Positions 19,305 to 29,110 of a DNA stretch of 64,000 bases are shown in pieces (positions within the stretch are counted from its first letter, which is position 1; the number at the start of each line of letters is the position of its first letter). The notes below the pieces were generated by a model. The model saw only the letters and a program-made list of their open reading frames with translations. It did not search any database and had not been told where the DNA came from. The DNA lies in sequence record SRR31156797_3690. The stretch is one strand, 5' to 3'. A program made the position numbers and the translations under genes.

Positions 19305-21983
19305 ATGTCAGAAGAAAACAAAAAGGAGCAGCTATCGCAGGCGTTTTATGCGCAAGAAGCGCAGCATGTTCTGGAAGAAATGCAAACAGATGCCAATGGA
19401 TTAACGAACGATGAAGCGCAAAAACGCTTATCTGAGTATGGTCCCAACGAATTAGAAGAAGGCAAAAAGAAATCGATGGCACAAAAATTCTTTGAGCAAT
19501 TCAAAGATTTGATGATCATCGTTTTGCTAGCGGCGGCGATTATCTCAGCAGTCGTTTCCCATGAAGTCGTGGACTCAATTATTATTTTAGCAGTTGTCAT
19601 TATCAACGCGATCATGGGTGTTGTTCAAGAGGCAAAGGCAGAGCAGGCCATCGAAGCACTAAGAGAAATGTCCACACCAAATGCCAATGTCCTGCGTAAT
19701 GGTCATACCGTCACCATCAAGAGCGATGAATTGGTTCCGGGGGATATTGTCCTATTAGAAGCTGGCGATGTCGTACCGGCAGATTTACGCCTCTTAGAAG
19801 CAAGTTCGTTAAAAATTGAAGAAGCCGCTTTGACCGGTGAATCCGTACCAGTCGAAAAAGAATTGACTGTCATCGAAGGGACGGATGTCGGGATCGGCGA
19901 TCGCGTCAATATGGCCTATTCAAACAGTAATGTGACCTATGGCCGCGGAAAAGGGGTCGTGGTCAATACAGGAATGGGAACCGAAGTTGGGAAAATCGCT
20001 GGCATGCTAGCTAGCGCCCAAGAAACCGAAACACCATTGAAACGTAACTTAAATGAACTAGGAAAATTCCTGACGATCGCCATCATTATCATTGCAGTGA
20101 TCATGTTCTTTGTTGGAACGATCTTTAACAATACGTCATGGGTCGACATGCTATTGACTTCGATCTCATTAGCAGTAGCGGCGATCCCAGAAGGGCTGCC
20201 AGCGATCGTAACGATCATCTTAGCCTTAGGTACGCAAGTAATGGCGAAACGAAATGCAGTGATCCGTAAATTACCAGCGGTTGAAACCCTTGGGGCAACC
20301 GATATTATCGCTTCTGATAAAACTGGTACTTTGACGTTGAATCAAATGACCGTGGAAAAATTGTATGTCAATAACAAACAACATGCTGCTTCAGAAGATA
20401 TTCCGTTAGACAACATGGCATTAAAAGTCATGAACTTTGCCAATGATACAAAATTTGGTGAAGAAGGCAACTTGATCGGTGATCCGACCGAGACCGCATT
20501 GGTGCAATTCGGGATGGATCAAGGATTCCATGTGCGGGATCTCGTCAATCAAGCACCACGGGTAGCGGATCTGCCCTTTGATTCTGACCGAAAACTTATG
20601 AGTACGATCCACCAACAAGAAGACGGCCGCTATTTAGTTGCTGTCAAAGGTGCACCGGATGTCTTACTAGGCAGAACCTCAAAAGTACTATTGGATGGCC
20701 AAGAGCTACCAATGACGAATGAAGAAAAAGAAAAAATCTTATTCAACAATACCGATATGGCAAAACAAGCGCTGCGGGTATTGGGAATGGCCTACAAATA
20801 CGTAGATCAAGTGCCAGAAAACTTAGAATCAGGAATCGTCGAAAATGATTTGGTCTTTGCTGGCTTAGTCGGAATGATTGACCCAGAACGGGCAGAAGCA
20901 GCCGATGCGGTACGTTTAGCCAAAGAAGCTGGGATTCGTCCCATCATGATCACTGGAGACCACCGGGATACAGCTGAAGCCATTGCGGGACGTTTAGGGA
21001 TCATCAAACCGGGCGATGATGATGCTGTCTTGACCGGCGCTGAACTCAATAAAATGAGCGAAGAAGAGTTTGCCCAAAAGGTAGCCCACTACTCAGTCTA
21101 TGCGCGGGTATCGCCGGAACATAAAGTCCGCATCGTCAAAGCTTGGCAGCAAGAAGGCAAAGTCGTTGCCATGACAGGTGACGGGGTCAACGATGCACCA
21201 TCACTGAAGCAAGCCGATATTGGTGTTGGCATGGGGATCACAGGTACCGAAGTTTCTAAAGGTGCTTCCGATATGGTCCTAGCAGATGACAACTTTGCTA
21301 CGATCGTCGTAGCAGTGGAAGAAGGACGTAAAGTTTTCTCCAATATTCAAAAAGCGATTCAATACTTGCTAGCCGCTAACCTAGGGGAAGTTTTGACCTT
21401 GTTCTTAGCAACCTTGTGGGGTTGGGACTCGCTATTGCCGATCCACTTGCTTTGGATCAACCTAGTAACCGATACCTTCCCAGCAATTGCCTTAGGAATG
21501 GAGCCTGCTGAAAAAGATCTAATGAAGCATGCACCGCGGGGACGCAGTTCCAACTTCTTCTCAGGTGGTGTGATGAGTAGTATCATCTACCAAGGGATCT
21601 TAGAAGCGGCAACCGTGCTGTTTGTTTATTGGTCAGCGATCCAATGGCCCGTCCACAATACGTATGATGCGATCCATGCCGATGCCTTAACGATGGCCTT
21701 TGCCACGTTAGGATTGATGCAATTGTTCCATGCCTTCAACGTCAAATCGATCCATCAGTCGCTCTTTAAAGTAGGAGCATTTAGAAACAAAGCCTTCAAC
21801 TGGGCGATCCTGTTGTCCTTTGCGTTGATGCTAGTGATCTTCATTGTGCCAGGATTAAACGATATCTTCCGTGTCGCACACCTTGACTTGTATCAATGGG
21901 GCATCGTTTTAGGCGCCTCCTTTGCGATCATTCCAGTCGTTGAGATCGTCAAAGCGATCCAACGAGCAATGGGACGCAAATAA
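19305..21983 (+). CDS. P2-type cation-transporting ATPase (Ca2+/Mn2+ exporter, YoaB/MgtA-like)
   Basis: TGES, IPEGL, DKTGTLT, KGAPD, GDGVNDAP. Confidence 0.93.
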   Translation: MSEENKKEQLSQAFYAQEAQHVLEEMQTDANGLTNDEAQKRLSEYGPNELEEGKKKSMAQKFFEQFKDLMIIVLLAAAIISAVVSHEVVDSIIILAVVIINAIMGVVQEAKAEQAIEALREMSTPNANVLRNGHTVTIKSDELVPGDIVLLEAGDVVPADLRLLEASSLKIEEAALTGESVPVEKELTVIEGTDVGIGDRVNMAYSNSNVTYGRGKGVVVNTGMGTEVGKIAGMLASAQETETPLKRNLNELGKFLTIAIIIIAVIMFFVGTIFNNTSWVDMLLTSISLAVAAIPEGLPAIVTIILALGTQVMAKRNAVIRKLPAVETLGATDIIASDKTGTLTLNQMTVEKLYVNNKQHAASEDIPLDNMALKVMNFANDTKFGEEGNLIGDPTETALVQFGMDQGFHVRDLVNQAPRVADLPFDSDRKLMSTIHQQEDGRYLVAVKGAPDVLLGRTSKVLLDGQELPMTNEEKEKILFNNTDMAKQALRVLGMAYKYVDQVPENLESGIVENDLVFAGLVGMIDPERAEAADAVRLAKEAGIRPIMITGDHRDTAEAIAGRLGIIKPGDDDAVLTGAELNKMSEEEFAQKVAHYSVYARVSPEHKVRIVKAWQQEGKVVAMTGDGVNDAPSLKQADIGVGMGITGTEVSKGASDMVLADDNFATIVVAVEEGRKVFSNIQKAIQYLLAANLGEVLTLFLATLWGWDSLLPIHLLWINLVTDTFPAIALGMEPAEKDLMKHAPRGRSSNFFSGGVMSSIIYQGILEAATVLFVYWSAIQWPVHNTYDAIHADALTMAFATLGLMQLFHAFNVKSIHQSLFKVGAFRNKAFNWAILLSFALMLVIFIVPGLNDIFRVAHLDLYQWGIVLGASFAIIPVVEIVKAIQRAMGRK

Positions 21984-22011
21984 GCCAAAAATAAACAGAA
22001 AAACAACGAAT

Positions 22012-22050
22012 GGTCTGCTGTCCTTCTCCATGGGCAGCAGGCCCTTTTTT
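22012..22050 (+). terminator. Intrinsic terminator after the P-type ATPase
   Basis: GGTCTGCTGTCC...GGGCAGCAGGCC plus T6. Confidence 0.8.
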
Positions 22051-22154
22051 GCTGGCTTATTTTCGATAAACCCTATGGCTGTTTCTTGACCTTTTCATTT
22101 GCAGCAAGAAACGGTAAAATAGAAGATAATAACAAAGAAAGTAGGGGACCCACT

Positions 22155-22583
22155 GTGCGACCAAACTTAGGTTTTTATGTACAAACAATCAACGATCTTG
22201 TCAAAGAAACAGAAGCAATCGGGGAGAAAATGAATCCCAATTATGAAGAGATCCGCAAAGCGATCGACGAGAAGAAAGAAGCAGAGGTAACACCTGAGCG
22301 GCTAGCTGAGATTACCAGAATTTTTAAAGAAGGCACGGACAAATACCGCTTGATGCTGGAAAAAATCAGCAAATTGCGTCCACCAGCGAATGTGATGGGG
22401 ATCCATAAAAAATTCGAGCGAGCGTATATGAAATATGTTGCCGGCTGTGATGAGATGATTTTGAGTCTGGATAACAAAATCGACCAAGAAGCCTTTGATG
22501 CAGCTGAAGCTAAGCAAGATGAAGCAACGGACGAAATTTCTTTTGCTATCCAACGGATGACCGCTTTATTGTTAAAAAAATGA
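22155..22583 (+). CDS. Hypothetical helical protein
   Basis: GTG start behind AGGGG, 142 aa, typical codon usage. Confidence 0.75.
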   Translation: MRPNLGFYVQTINDLVKETEAIGEKMNPNYEEIRKAIDEKKEAEVTPERLAEITRIFKEGTDKYRLMLEKISKLRPPANVMGIHKKFERAYMKYVAGCDEMILSLDNKIDQEAFDAAEAKQDEATDEISFAIQRMTALLLKK

Positions 22584-22669
22584 TAAACATTCAAGTTAAA
22601 CAAGAGTTATTTAATTTAACTGTTATGTTTTTCACATGTAAAGTTTTTTTATCGGAGGTATAATGAATT

Positions 22670-22743
22670 CACAACCAACAACCTTTTTATTTTTCATTTT
22701 ACTCCTTTTGCCATCAGGACTAACCAACCTGATGGTTTTTTTT
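22670..22743 (+). ncRNA. Candidate small RNA with an anti-RBS/anti-AUG tract (csRNA-like)
   Basis: TATAAT at 22659-22664; U/C-rich TTTATTTTTCATTTTACTCCTTTT; terminator CCATCAGG/CCTGATGG plus T8; standalone intergenic unit. Confidence 0.55.
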
Positions 22744-22825
22744 GTTTTTTAATGAAGTGTTTCCATCAAAAGCGGGGATAGTTTGTGAACAAAATATAAA
22801 GTTGAAATAGCAAGGAATAGCAAGC

Positions 22826-22855
22826 TTGCGCTTTTTTGTCGATCAATGCTATACT
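22826..22855 (+). promoter_or_regulatory. sigma-A promoter of the ABC-F gene
   Basis: TTGCGC-18bp-TATACT with an extended TG. Confidence 0.7.
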
Positions 22856-22874
22856 TAGGGCACTATTAAACGAA

Positions 22875-22994
22875 ATGAGGGATCCTCCATTGAAAAATTA
22901 ACCAATTTGTTGAAAGCTGCATGAAACTGTTCCTCCAAGGGGATAGTCTGCAGATTTTCAGGATTGGTTGACTTTTTCAATGGGGGATCTTTTT
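22875..22994 (+). promoter_or_regulatory. Ribosome-dependent attenuator leader (uORF plus terminator) of the ABC-F gene
   Basis: Long hairpin GATCCTCCATTGAAAAA...TTTTTCAATGGGGGATC plus T5; GAGG RBS and micro-ORF TTG-AAA-AAT-TAA (22890-22901) in its 5' arm. Confidence 0.7.
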
Positions 22995-23067
22995 GTGTAC
23001 CTCTAAAAACTGATTCTGAAAATAGCTTTAGTCTACTCTATTCCGTGAATAGAGACGAGGTATATTT

Positions 23068-24570
23068 ATGTCTAATATCAGTATTAATCATTTAACTTTT
23101 GGCTTTGATAGCCAGGAACGGTTGCTTTTTGAGGATGCCAACTTGAACCTTGATACTCAATGGAAATTAGGGTTGATTGGCAGAAATGGTCGCGGCAAAA
23201 CGACCTTGCTGCGTTTGCTGCTCAATGAATTGCCGTATAGCGGCTCGATTACCCATGAGCAGCAATTCGTTTATTTTCCCTTAACCGTCGCTGACGATCA
23301 GCAACTGACGCTTTTTGTTTTACAAGAATCAGGTGAATTTGAGCAGTGGCGTTTGGAACGAGAATTGAACCTGCTGCAACTTGATCCAGAAGTTCTTTGG
23401 CGGCCCTTTGCCACTTTATCTGGCGGCGAGCAAACGAAAGTTCTATTGGCGCGTTTGTTCGTTGATGAAGAGAATTTTGCTTTGATCGATGAGCCAACCA
23501 ACCATTTGGATGTGACCGCTCGCCAACATGTTGCCCGCTATTTGCAGCAAAAAACCGGGTTTATCGTTGTGAGCCATGATCGACAGTTTGTCGATGAAGT
23601 CGTCGATCATGTATTGGCGATCGAAAAAAGCCGCTTGGTGTTGTACAAAGGGAATTATTCAGTTTATGAACTGCAAAAGCAGCAAAAAGATGCCTATGAG
23701 CAAGAACAAAACAGCAAGTTGAAAAAAGAAATCGGTCGTTTGAAGCAGACGGCAGCCGAGAAAGCGGAGTGGTCCCGAGGACGCGAACGGGACAAATTAG
23801 GGTCGCCGACCAAAAAAGGCAGTGGGGCAATCTATGATACGGGGGCGATCGGTGCCCGAGCGGCACGGACCATGAAGCGCTCGAAAGCGATCGTTAAACG
23901 GATGGAAGATCAAATTCAAGACAAGTCTGCGTTGTTAAAAGACATTGAGTGGATCGATCCTCTGAAAATGACCCCGCTTGTTAGCCATCATGACGTGTTG
24001 CTGGAAGCAGAGCATTTTCAGCTCGGCTATGAGAAGCCTTTGTTTAAACCGCTGACGTTTGCGATCCGTCAAAAAGAGCGCTTGGGGATTCAAGGGGCCA
24101 ACGGATCTGGCAAGTCCAGTTTGATTGCGAGTATTTTAGGTACTTTCGAAGGACAGCAGACAGGGACGATCAAAACAGCCCATGGGATCACCATCAGTTA
24201 TGTTCGACAAAACTACGAGGACAATTGTGGGATGCTGACAGAGTTTGCCCAAGAACATGGCTTGAATTATCAAGATCTGCTAAATAATTTGAAAAAACTT
24301 GGCTTGGAAAGAGCTGTTTTTCAAACGCCGATCCAGCAAATGAGCATGGGGCAGCGTAAACGCGTGGAACTAGCCAAATCATTAGCAACACCAGCAGAAT
24401 TGTTTATCTGGGATGAACCTCTGAATTATTTGGATGTCTTCAATCAGAAGCAATTAGAGGAAGTAATCCATTTGGTGGAGCCTTCTATGCTGATCATTGA
24501 ACACGACCGTTATTTTCTTGAGCAAGTCTCAACGAAATTGCTGACGTTGACGATCGATGAAGTCGAATAA
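23068..24570 (+). CDS. lsa: Lsa/Eat-family antibiotic-resistance ABC-F ribosomal protection protein
   Basis: Two ABC domains and no TM; WKLGLIGRNGRGKTT N-terminus, AARTMKRSK linker and AELFIWDEPLNYLD resemble enterococcal Lsa(A)/Eat(A). Confidence 0.85.
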   Translation: MSNISINHLTFGFDSQERLLFEDANLNLDTQWKLGLIGRNGRGKTTLLRLLLNELPYSGSITHEQQFVYFPLTVADDQQLTLFVLQESGEFEQWRLERELNLLQLDPEVLWRPFATLSGGEQTKVLLARLFVDEENFALIDEPTNHLDVTARQHVARYLQQKTGFIVVSHDRQFVDEVVDHVLAIEKSRLVLYKGNYSVYELQKQQKDAYEQEQNSKLKKEIGRLKQTAAEKAEWSRGRERDKLGSPTKKGSGAIYDTGAIGARAARTMKRSKAIVKRMEDQIQDKSALLKDIEWIDPLKMTPLVSHHDVLLEAEHFQLGYEKPLFKPLTFAIRQKERLGIQGANGSGKSSLIASILGTFEGQQTGTIKTAHGITISYVRQNYEDNCGMLTEFAQEHGLNYQDLLNNLKKLGLERAVFQTPIQQMSMGQRKRVELAKSLATPAELFIWDEPLNYLDVFNQKQLEEVIHLVEPSMLIIEHDRYFLEQVSTKLLTLTIDEVE

Positions 24571-24579
24571 CTGAAGGGG

Positions 24580-24621
24580 AAAAAGGACGATTGTTTTCTT
24601 TGGGAAAACCGTCCTTTTTTT
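24580..24621 (+). terminator. Intrinsic terminator after the ABC-F gene
   Basis: AAAAAGGACG...CGTCCTTTTTTT. Confidence 0.75.
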
Positions 24622-24875
24622 GTTATTTTAATCGGAGAGATACTGACGATTTTAGTAAGTATTTAATAAGGGTGCTTTTGATAAAAAAGCTGTGTAAAAA
24701 TAGTGTTATTATACACAGGTATGTATATTTGATAAAATTCATTCATTTTTTCATGAAAATTTTCGAAAAATGACGAAATGTTCGGGATTAGCGGGTAGAA
24801 TTCCCTTTGAATCACTCATCGTTTTCTCATTGTTTGGTAAATTAATTAAAAATTCTTTCATAATTCCCATTGGTT

Positions 24876-24892
24876 TTTACAAAACATTTACA
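24876..24892 (+). promoter_or_regulatory. Putative Pho-box-like direct repeat
   Basis: TTTACA-N5-TTTACA upstream of an extended -10 TGTTATGAT (24921-24929) that lacks a clear -35. Confidence 0.45.
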
Positions 24893-25040
24893 ATAATAGT
24901 ATCGAATAAAAACATTCGTTTGTTATGATTAAAATCGAATTTCTTTGAGCGTTTGACCGAAACATCAAGAGTTCGTTTTTTTTGTGACTTGAAATGCCAG
25001 TCAACTATTCGGAGGAAAAAGAGAAAATGGAGGGGCAGTT

Positions 25041-26114
25041 TTGATAGAAGTAGTCGGGTTGAAGAAGGTTTTTGATAATAAGTTCGAAGCCTTGAAAGCA
25101 GTAGATTTTACAATAGAAAAAGGCGATTTGGTTTGTTTGTTGGGACCTAGTGGTTGCGGGAAATCGACGATATTGAATTTGATCGCGGGGTTGTTAAGTC
25201 CCACCGATGGTGATATCCGCTTTAATGGTACTTCCGTTGTTAAGACGGAGCCGAAAGACCGCAATATCGGGTTTGTTTTTCAGAACTATGCCCTTTATCC
25301 CCATATGACTGTGTTAGAAAATGTCATGTTTCCCTTGACAGTCGGAGAGAAAAAGATCAAGAAAAATGAAGCACAAAAAATTGCTGAAAAGTTCATGAAG
25401 CTGACCAATATTGAAGAATTAAGTCAGAAAAAACCAGGAACCCTTTCCGGTGGACAACAGCAACGGGTCGCCATTACTCGTGCTTTGGTGCAAAGTCCAG
25501 AAGTGTTACTGCTGGATGAACCATTGAGTAACTTAGATGCCCGTTTGCGCTTGAAGATCCGTGAAGAAATTCGTCGGTTAGTCAAAGAAGTAGGAATCAC
25601 TACGATCTTCGTGACTCATGACCAAGAAGAAGCTCTTTCTATCAGTGATAAGATTATTTTGATGAATGAAGGGATCATTCAACAAAATGATGATCCGCAA
25701 AACCTTTACTTAGAACCAAACAATCTTTTCGTAGCGAAATTCATTGGTAATCCAATCATCAACATCTTGCCAGTAGAAGTCAAAGAGGGACAAATGATCC
25801 ATCCAGCATTCACGATCCCAGTTGACCGCTTTACCGACATTCGCTTCAAGAAACCATTGACAGACGGCCAATATACGTTAGGTATTCGTCCAGAAGATGT
25901 GCTGACCACCTTACAAACGGGGTTGTTCCAAACAGAAATCAAGAGTGTGGAGCTGATCGGACGAGAACGAATCTTGAACTTTGATCTGGCTGCAAAACAT
26001 ATGAAATCGATCGTTAGTATTGAAGAGATCATTGAAGAAGGCGCGCAAGTGTCATTTGATTTTCATTACAAAAAAGCCTTTATCTTTGATGAAAAAGGAG
26101 AGCGGGTCTACTAA
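25041..26114 (+). CDS. Carbohydrate/organophosphate ABC ATPase (UgpC/MsmK-like)
   Basis: GPSGCGKST, VFQNYALYPHM, LSGGQQQR, LLDEPLSNLD, C-terminal GIRPED. Confidence 0.9.
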   Translation: MIEVVGLKKVFDNKFEALKAVDFTIEKGDLVCLLGPSGCGKSTILNLIAGLLSPTDGDIRFNGTSVVKTEPKDRNIGFVFQNYALYPHMTVLENVMFPLTVGEKKIKKNEAQKIAEKFMKLTNIEELSQKKPGTLSGGQQQRVAITRALVQSPEVLLLDEPLSNLDARLRLKIREEIRRLVKEVGITTIFVTHDQEEALSISDKIILMNEGIIQQNDDPQNLYLEPNNLFVAKFIGNPIINILPVEVKEGQMIHPAFTIPVDRFTDIRFKKPLTDGQYTLGIRPEDVLTTLQTGLFQTEIKSVELIGRERILNFDLAAKHMKSIVSIEEIIEEGAQVSFDFHYKKAFIFDEKGERVY

Positions 26115-26995
26115 TGTTCAAAAAAAATTATAACCCTGAGAATCAACCAAAGGCGTGGCTGTTTTTACTGCCTTCATTGGTCATTATTTTCTTATTCAGT
26201 GTGTATCCGCTGTTTCGTTCTTTCATCATGAGTTTCCAAAAAGGAACCTTGATTAACCAACAGTATGCTGGGCTTGAGAACTATCAAAGGGTTTTAACGG
26301 ACCCCGTATTCTTTCGAGCACTGCAAAACACAGCACTGTTTGCTTTTGCGGTCGTGCCGATCTCGCTGATTCTCTCATTAGCGATTGCTTGGATCATTTT
26401 TGAAAAAGTCAAATACAAAAGTTTTTTTGAAACGATCTTCTTTATGCCCTATGTCACAAGTACGATTGCGATCGGGATCGTGTTTCGTTACTTTTTCAAT
26501 GGCTCTTACGGGATCATTAATTATCTGCTAGGTCTTGTCGGCATTGCGCCAGTCAACTGGCTAGATAACGTCAACATGAGTATGACGACCTTGATCATCT
26601 TCGGCGTTTGGACGAGCCTCGCCTTCAACATTATTATCTTGTTGGCAGGAATGCGCAACATCGACAAAGAACATTATAAAATCGCAAAAATGTTTGGCGC
26701 TACCGATGGCGAAATTTTTCGGAAAATCACCTTTCCGCAATTGATCCCGACCTTTGCTTTCTTGTTGACGGTCAATCTGATCAGTGCCTTTAAAGTTTAT
26801 ACTCAAGTATATGCTTTGTTTGGCGGCCAGCCAGGGATCGCTCGTAGTGCAACGACGGCAGTCTTTTATATTTATGACAAATTCCATATCGCCGGACGTC
26901 CGGGGATTGCAATGGCGGCAACCGTGATCTTGTTCATCATTATTTTGCTCGTCACCTTTATCCAAAATAAACTTTTGAAGAAAGTGGGCGAATAA
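26114..26995 (+). CDS. ABC permease (UgpA-like)
   Basis: Multi-TM with an EAA-type loop (AKMFGA). Confidence 0.88.
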   Translation: MFKKNYNPENQPKAWLFLLPSLVIIFLFSVYPLFRSFIMSFQKGTLINQQYAGLENYQRVLTDPVFFRALQNTALFAFAVVPISLILSLAIAWIIFEKVKYKSFFETIFFMPYVTSTIAIGIVFRYFFNGSYGIINYLLGLVGIAPVNWLDNVNMSMTTLIIFGVWTSLAFNIIILLAGMRNIDKEHYKIAKMFGATDGEIFRKITFPQLIPTFAFLLTVNLISAFKVYTQVYALFGGQPGIARSATTAVFYIYDKFHIAGRPGIAMAATVILFIIILLVTFIQNKLLKKVGE

Positions 26996-26999
26996 ACGA

Positions 27000-27818
27000 A
27001 TGAAAAAAATTGTCACGATTGTTTCGATGCTGTTTTTAGCAATTTTAGCAGTGATCACGCTATTTCCCTTTGTCTATATGATTTTAGCTGGTCTAATGAC
27101 CTACAGTGAAGCAACCAGTATTCCACCGACGATCATGCCAGAGTCCTTCCAATGGAGCAACTACGGGGAAGTCTTTACCCGAGCACCGTTTTTACGCTAC
27201 TTCTTCAATACGGTCTTTGTTTCAGCGGTCACTACCATAGCGACGCTGATCACGGCAATTTTAGCTGCTTTTGCATTAACGAGTCTTGAATTCAAATACA
27301 AGCGTCTCGTGATTGGTTTGATGATCTCCTTACTGATGGTTCCATATGAATCGATCATCTTTACCAATTACAATACGATTGCTCGAATGGGCTTATTGAA
27401 TACGTATAGTGCCTTGATCATTCCCTTTCTGACCAGTATTTTTTACATCTATTATTTAAACGGTTATTTACAAAGTATTTCTAATACCTTTTATAAGGCA
27501 GCCAAAATTGACGGTGCCAGCGACCTAGCTTATATCCGCCGAATTTTGATCCCCATGTCTAAACCAGCCTTGGTGACAGTCGGGATTCTGACGTTCATCT
27601 CTAGCTGGAATTCTTTCTTATGGCCGTTGTTAGTGACGAATGAGAAAAAATACCGTCTCTTAAATAATGGATTGGCTGCCTTTACCACAGAAAGCGGCAG
27701 TGACGTTCATTTACAAATGGCGGCAGCGACCTTGACCGTCATTCCAATTCTGATCATTTACTTGATCTTTAGAAAAGAAATTATCAAAGGAGTGGCTAAA
27801 GATGGCATCAAAGGATAA
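27000..27818 (+). CDS. ABC permease (UgpE-like)
   Basis: AAKIDGAS loop, SWNSFLWPL. Confidence 0.88.
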   Translation: MKKIVTIVSMLFLAILAVITLFPFVYMILAGLMTYSEATSIPPTIMPESFQWSNYGEVFTRAPFLRYFFNTVFVSAVTTIATLITAILAAFALTSLEFKYKRLVIGLMISLLMVPYESIIFTNYNTIARMGLLNTYSALIIPFLTSIFYIYYLNGYLQSISNTFYKAAKIDGASDLAYIRRILIPMSKPALVTVGILTFISSWNSFLWPLLVTNEKKYRLLNNGLAAFTTESGSDVHLQMAAATLTVIPILIIYLIFRKEIIKGVAKDGIKG

Positions 27819-29094
27819 AACAACGATCACCTTCCATAGCGGAATTTTAACGATTGGAGGAACCGTCATCGAAGTTGCGTACAAAGATGCCCATATCTTT
27901 TTTGATTTCGGTTCGGAGTATCATCCAGAAACACCCTTACCAGATGAAGAATTACAAACGTTAGTTGCGCATCGCTGGATACCAGAACTGAAAAATGTCT
28001 ACGATCCACGCTTAGACTACACGTACCAAGGAAGCGAAACGAAAGAATACCAAGAAACAGCAGTTTTTCTTTCCCACGCCCATCTGGATCATTCCAAGAT
28101 GATCAACTTTTTAGACCCAAATATTCCTATGTACACCTTGAAGGAAACCAAAGCGATCCTCGAAGTGTTGAATCAAAAAGGGGACTTCTTGCTGCCCGTT
28201 CCTCATGAGGAAAAAAGCTTTGTCCGTGAATTGATCGGCTTAGAACCCCATGATGTGATTCGGATCGGGGAAATCGAAGTCGAGATCATTCCAGTCGATC
28301 ATGATGCGTACGGTGCGGCGGCCTTGTTAATTCGCACGCCGGATCATTTTATCGCTTATACCGGTGATTTGCGTTTGCATGGCTATCATCCAGAGCGTAC
28401 CAAAGAATTCTGTCAATTAGCCAAACACACGGATCTATTGATGATGGAAGGGGTCAGCATCAGCTTCCCAGAAAGAGAACCGGACCCCAAAGCGATCACG
28501 GTGGAAAGTGAAACAGAATTGATTGAGACCTTCGTGCGTTTGGTCAAAGAAAATCCCCAACGACAAATTACCTTCAATGGCTATCCAGCCAATGTTGAGC
28601 GCTTTATGGCACTTGTTGAAGCCGCGCCACGGACGGTTGTTTTAGAGGCGACCCAAGCTGCTTTATTGAAAGAAATTTTCAATAAAGATGTACCGTTCTA
28701 TACGATCGATGATCAAGTACCAGCGACTCTCGATCCAGCCTTCGCCATTTCTTATCAGGCATTATGTGCCGACACGAGCCAGTACCTTTGGCAAGCAGTC
28801 GCGCATTTTGAAAACTTGCAGCCGGGTGGTTTGTATATTCACAGTGATGCGCAGCCGTTAGGCGATTTTGATCCAGCTTATCAAGTCTTTTTGGATCAAC
28901 TGGCAGCACTGGAGATCGAATTTGTCCGTTTGCCAAACTCGGGACATGCGAAACCAGCTGATTTAGATCAGATCATTGCATGGATCGAGCCCCAACGATT
29001 GGTTCCAATCCATACGCTGAAACCAGAAAATCTGGTGAATCCGTATGGTGAAAGAATATTGCCGCAACGCGGTGAAAAAATTATTTTAGAGTGA
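27802..29094 (+). CDS. MBL-fold beta-CASP metallohydrolase (RNase J-like)
   Basis: TIGG, DFG, SHAHLDH, VDHD, YTGDLRLHG, MEG, SGHA, VPIH motifs; overlaps the permease stop; no signal peptide. Confidence 0.85.
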   Translation: MASKDKTTITFHSGILTIGGTVIEVAYKDAHIFFDFGSEYHPETPLPDEELQTLVAHRWIPELKNVYDPRLDYTYQGSETKEYQETAVFLSHAHLDHSKMINFLDPNIPMYTLKETKAILEVLNQKGDFLLPVPHEEKSFVRELIGLEPHDVIRIGEIEVEIIPVDHDAYGAAALLIRTPDHFIAYTGDLRLHGYHPERTKEFCQLAKHTDLLMMEGVSISFPEREPDPKAITVESETELIETFVRLVKENPQRQITFNGYPANVERFMALVEAAPRTVVLEATQAALLKEIFNKDVPFYTIDDQVPATLDPAFAISYQALCADTSQYLWQAVAHFENLQPGGLYIHSDAQPLGDFDPAYQVFLDQLAALEIEFVRLPNSGHAKPADLDQIIAWIEPQRLVPIHTLKPENLVNPYGERILPQRGEKIILE

Positions 29095-29110
29095 TAGAGG
29101 AGAGGAAAAA

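Noticed and set aside
22632-22697. Minus-strand 21-aa ORF MKNKKVVGCEFIIPPIKKLYM with an AAGGAG RBS
   Set aside because: Very short with no recognisable features; better explained as the complement of the sRNA anti-RBS tract
22663-22752. 29-aa hydrophobic ORF MNSQPTTFLFFILLLLPSGLTNLMVFFVF (type I toxin-like)
   Set aside because: GGAGG is only 4 nt from the ATG, the ATG overlaps the TATAAT box, and the ORF runs through the terminator; hydrophobicity follows from the T-rich sequence. Not fully excluded
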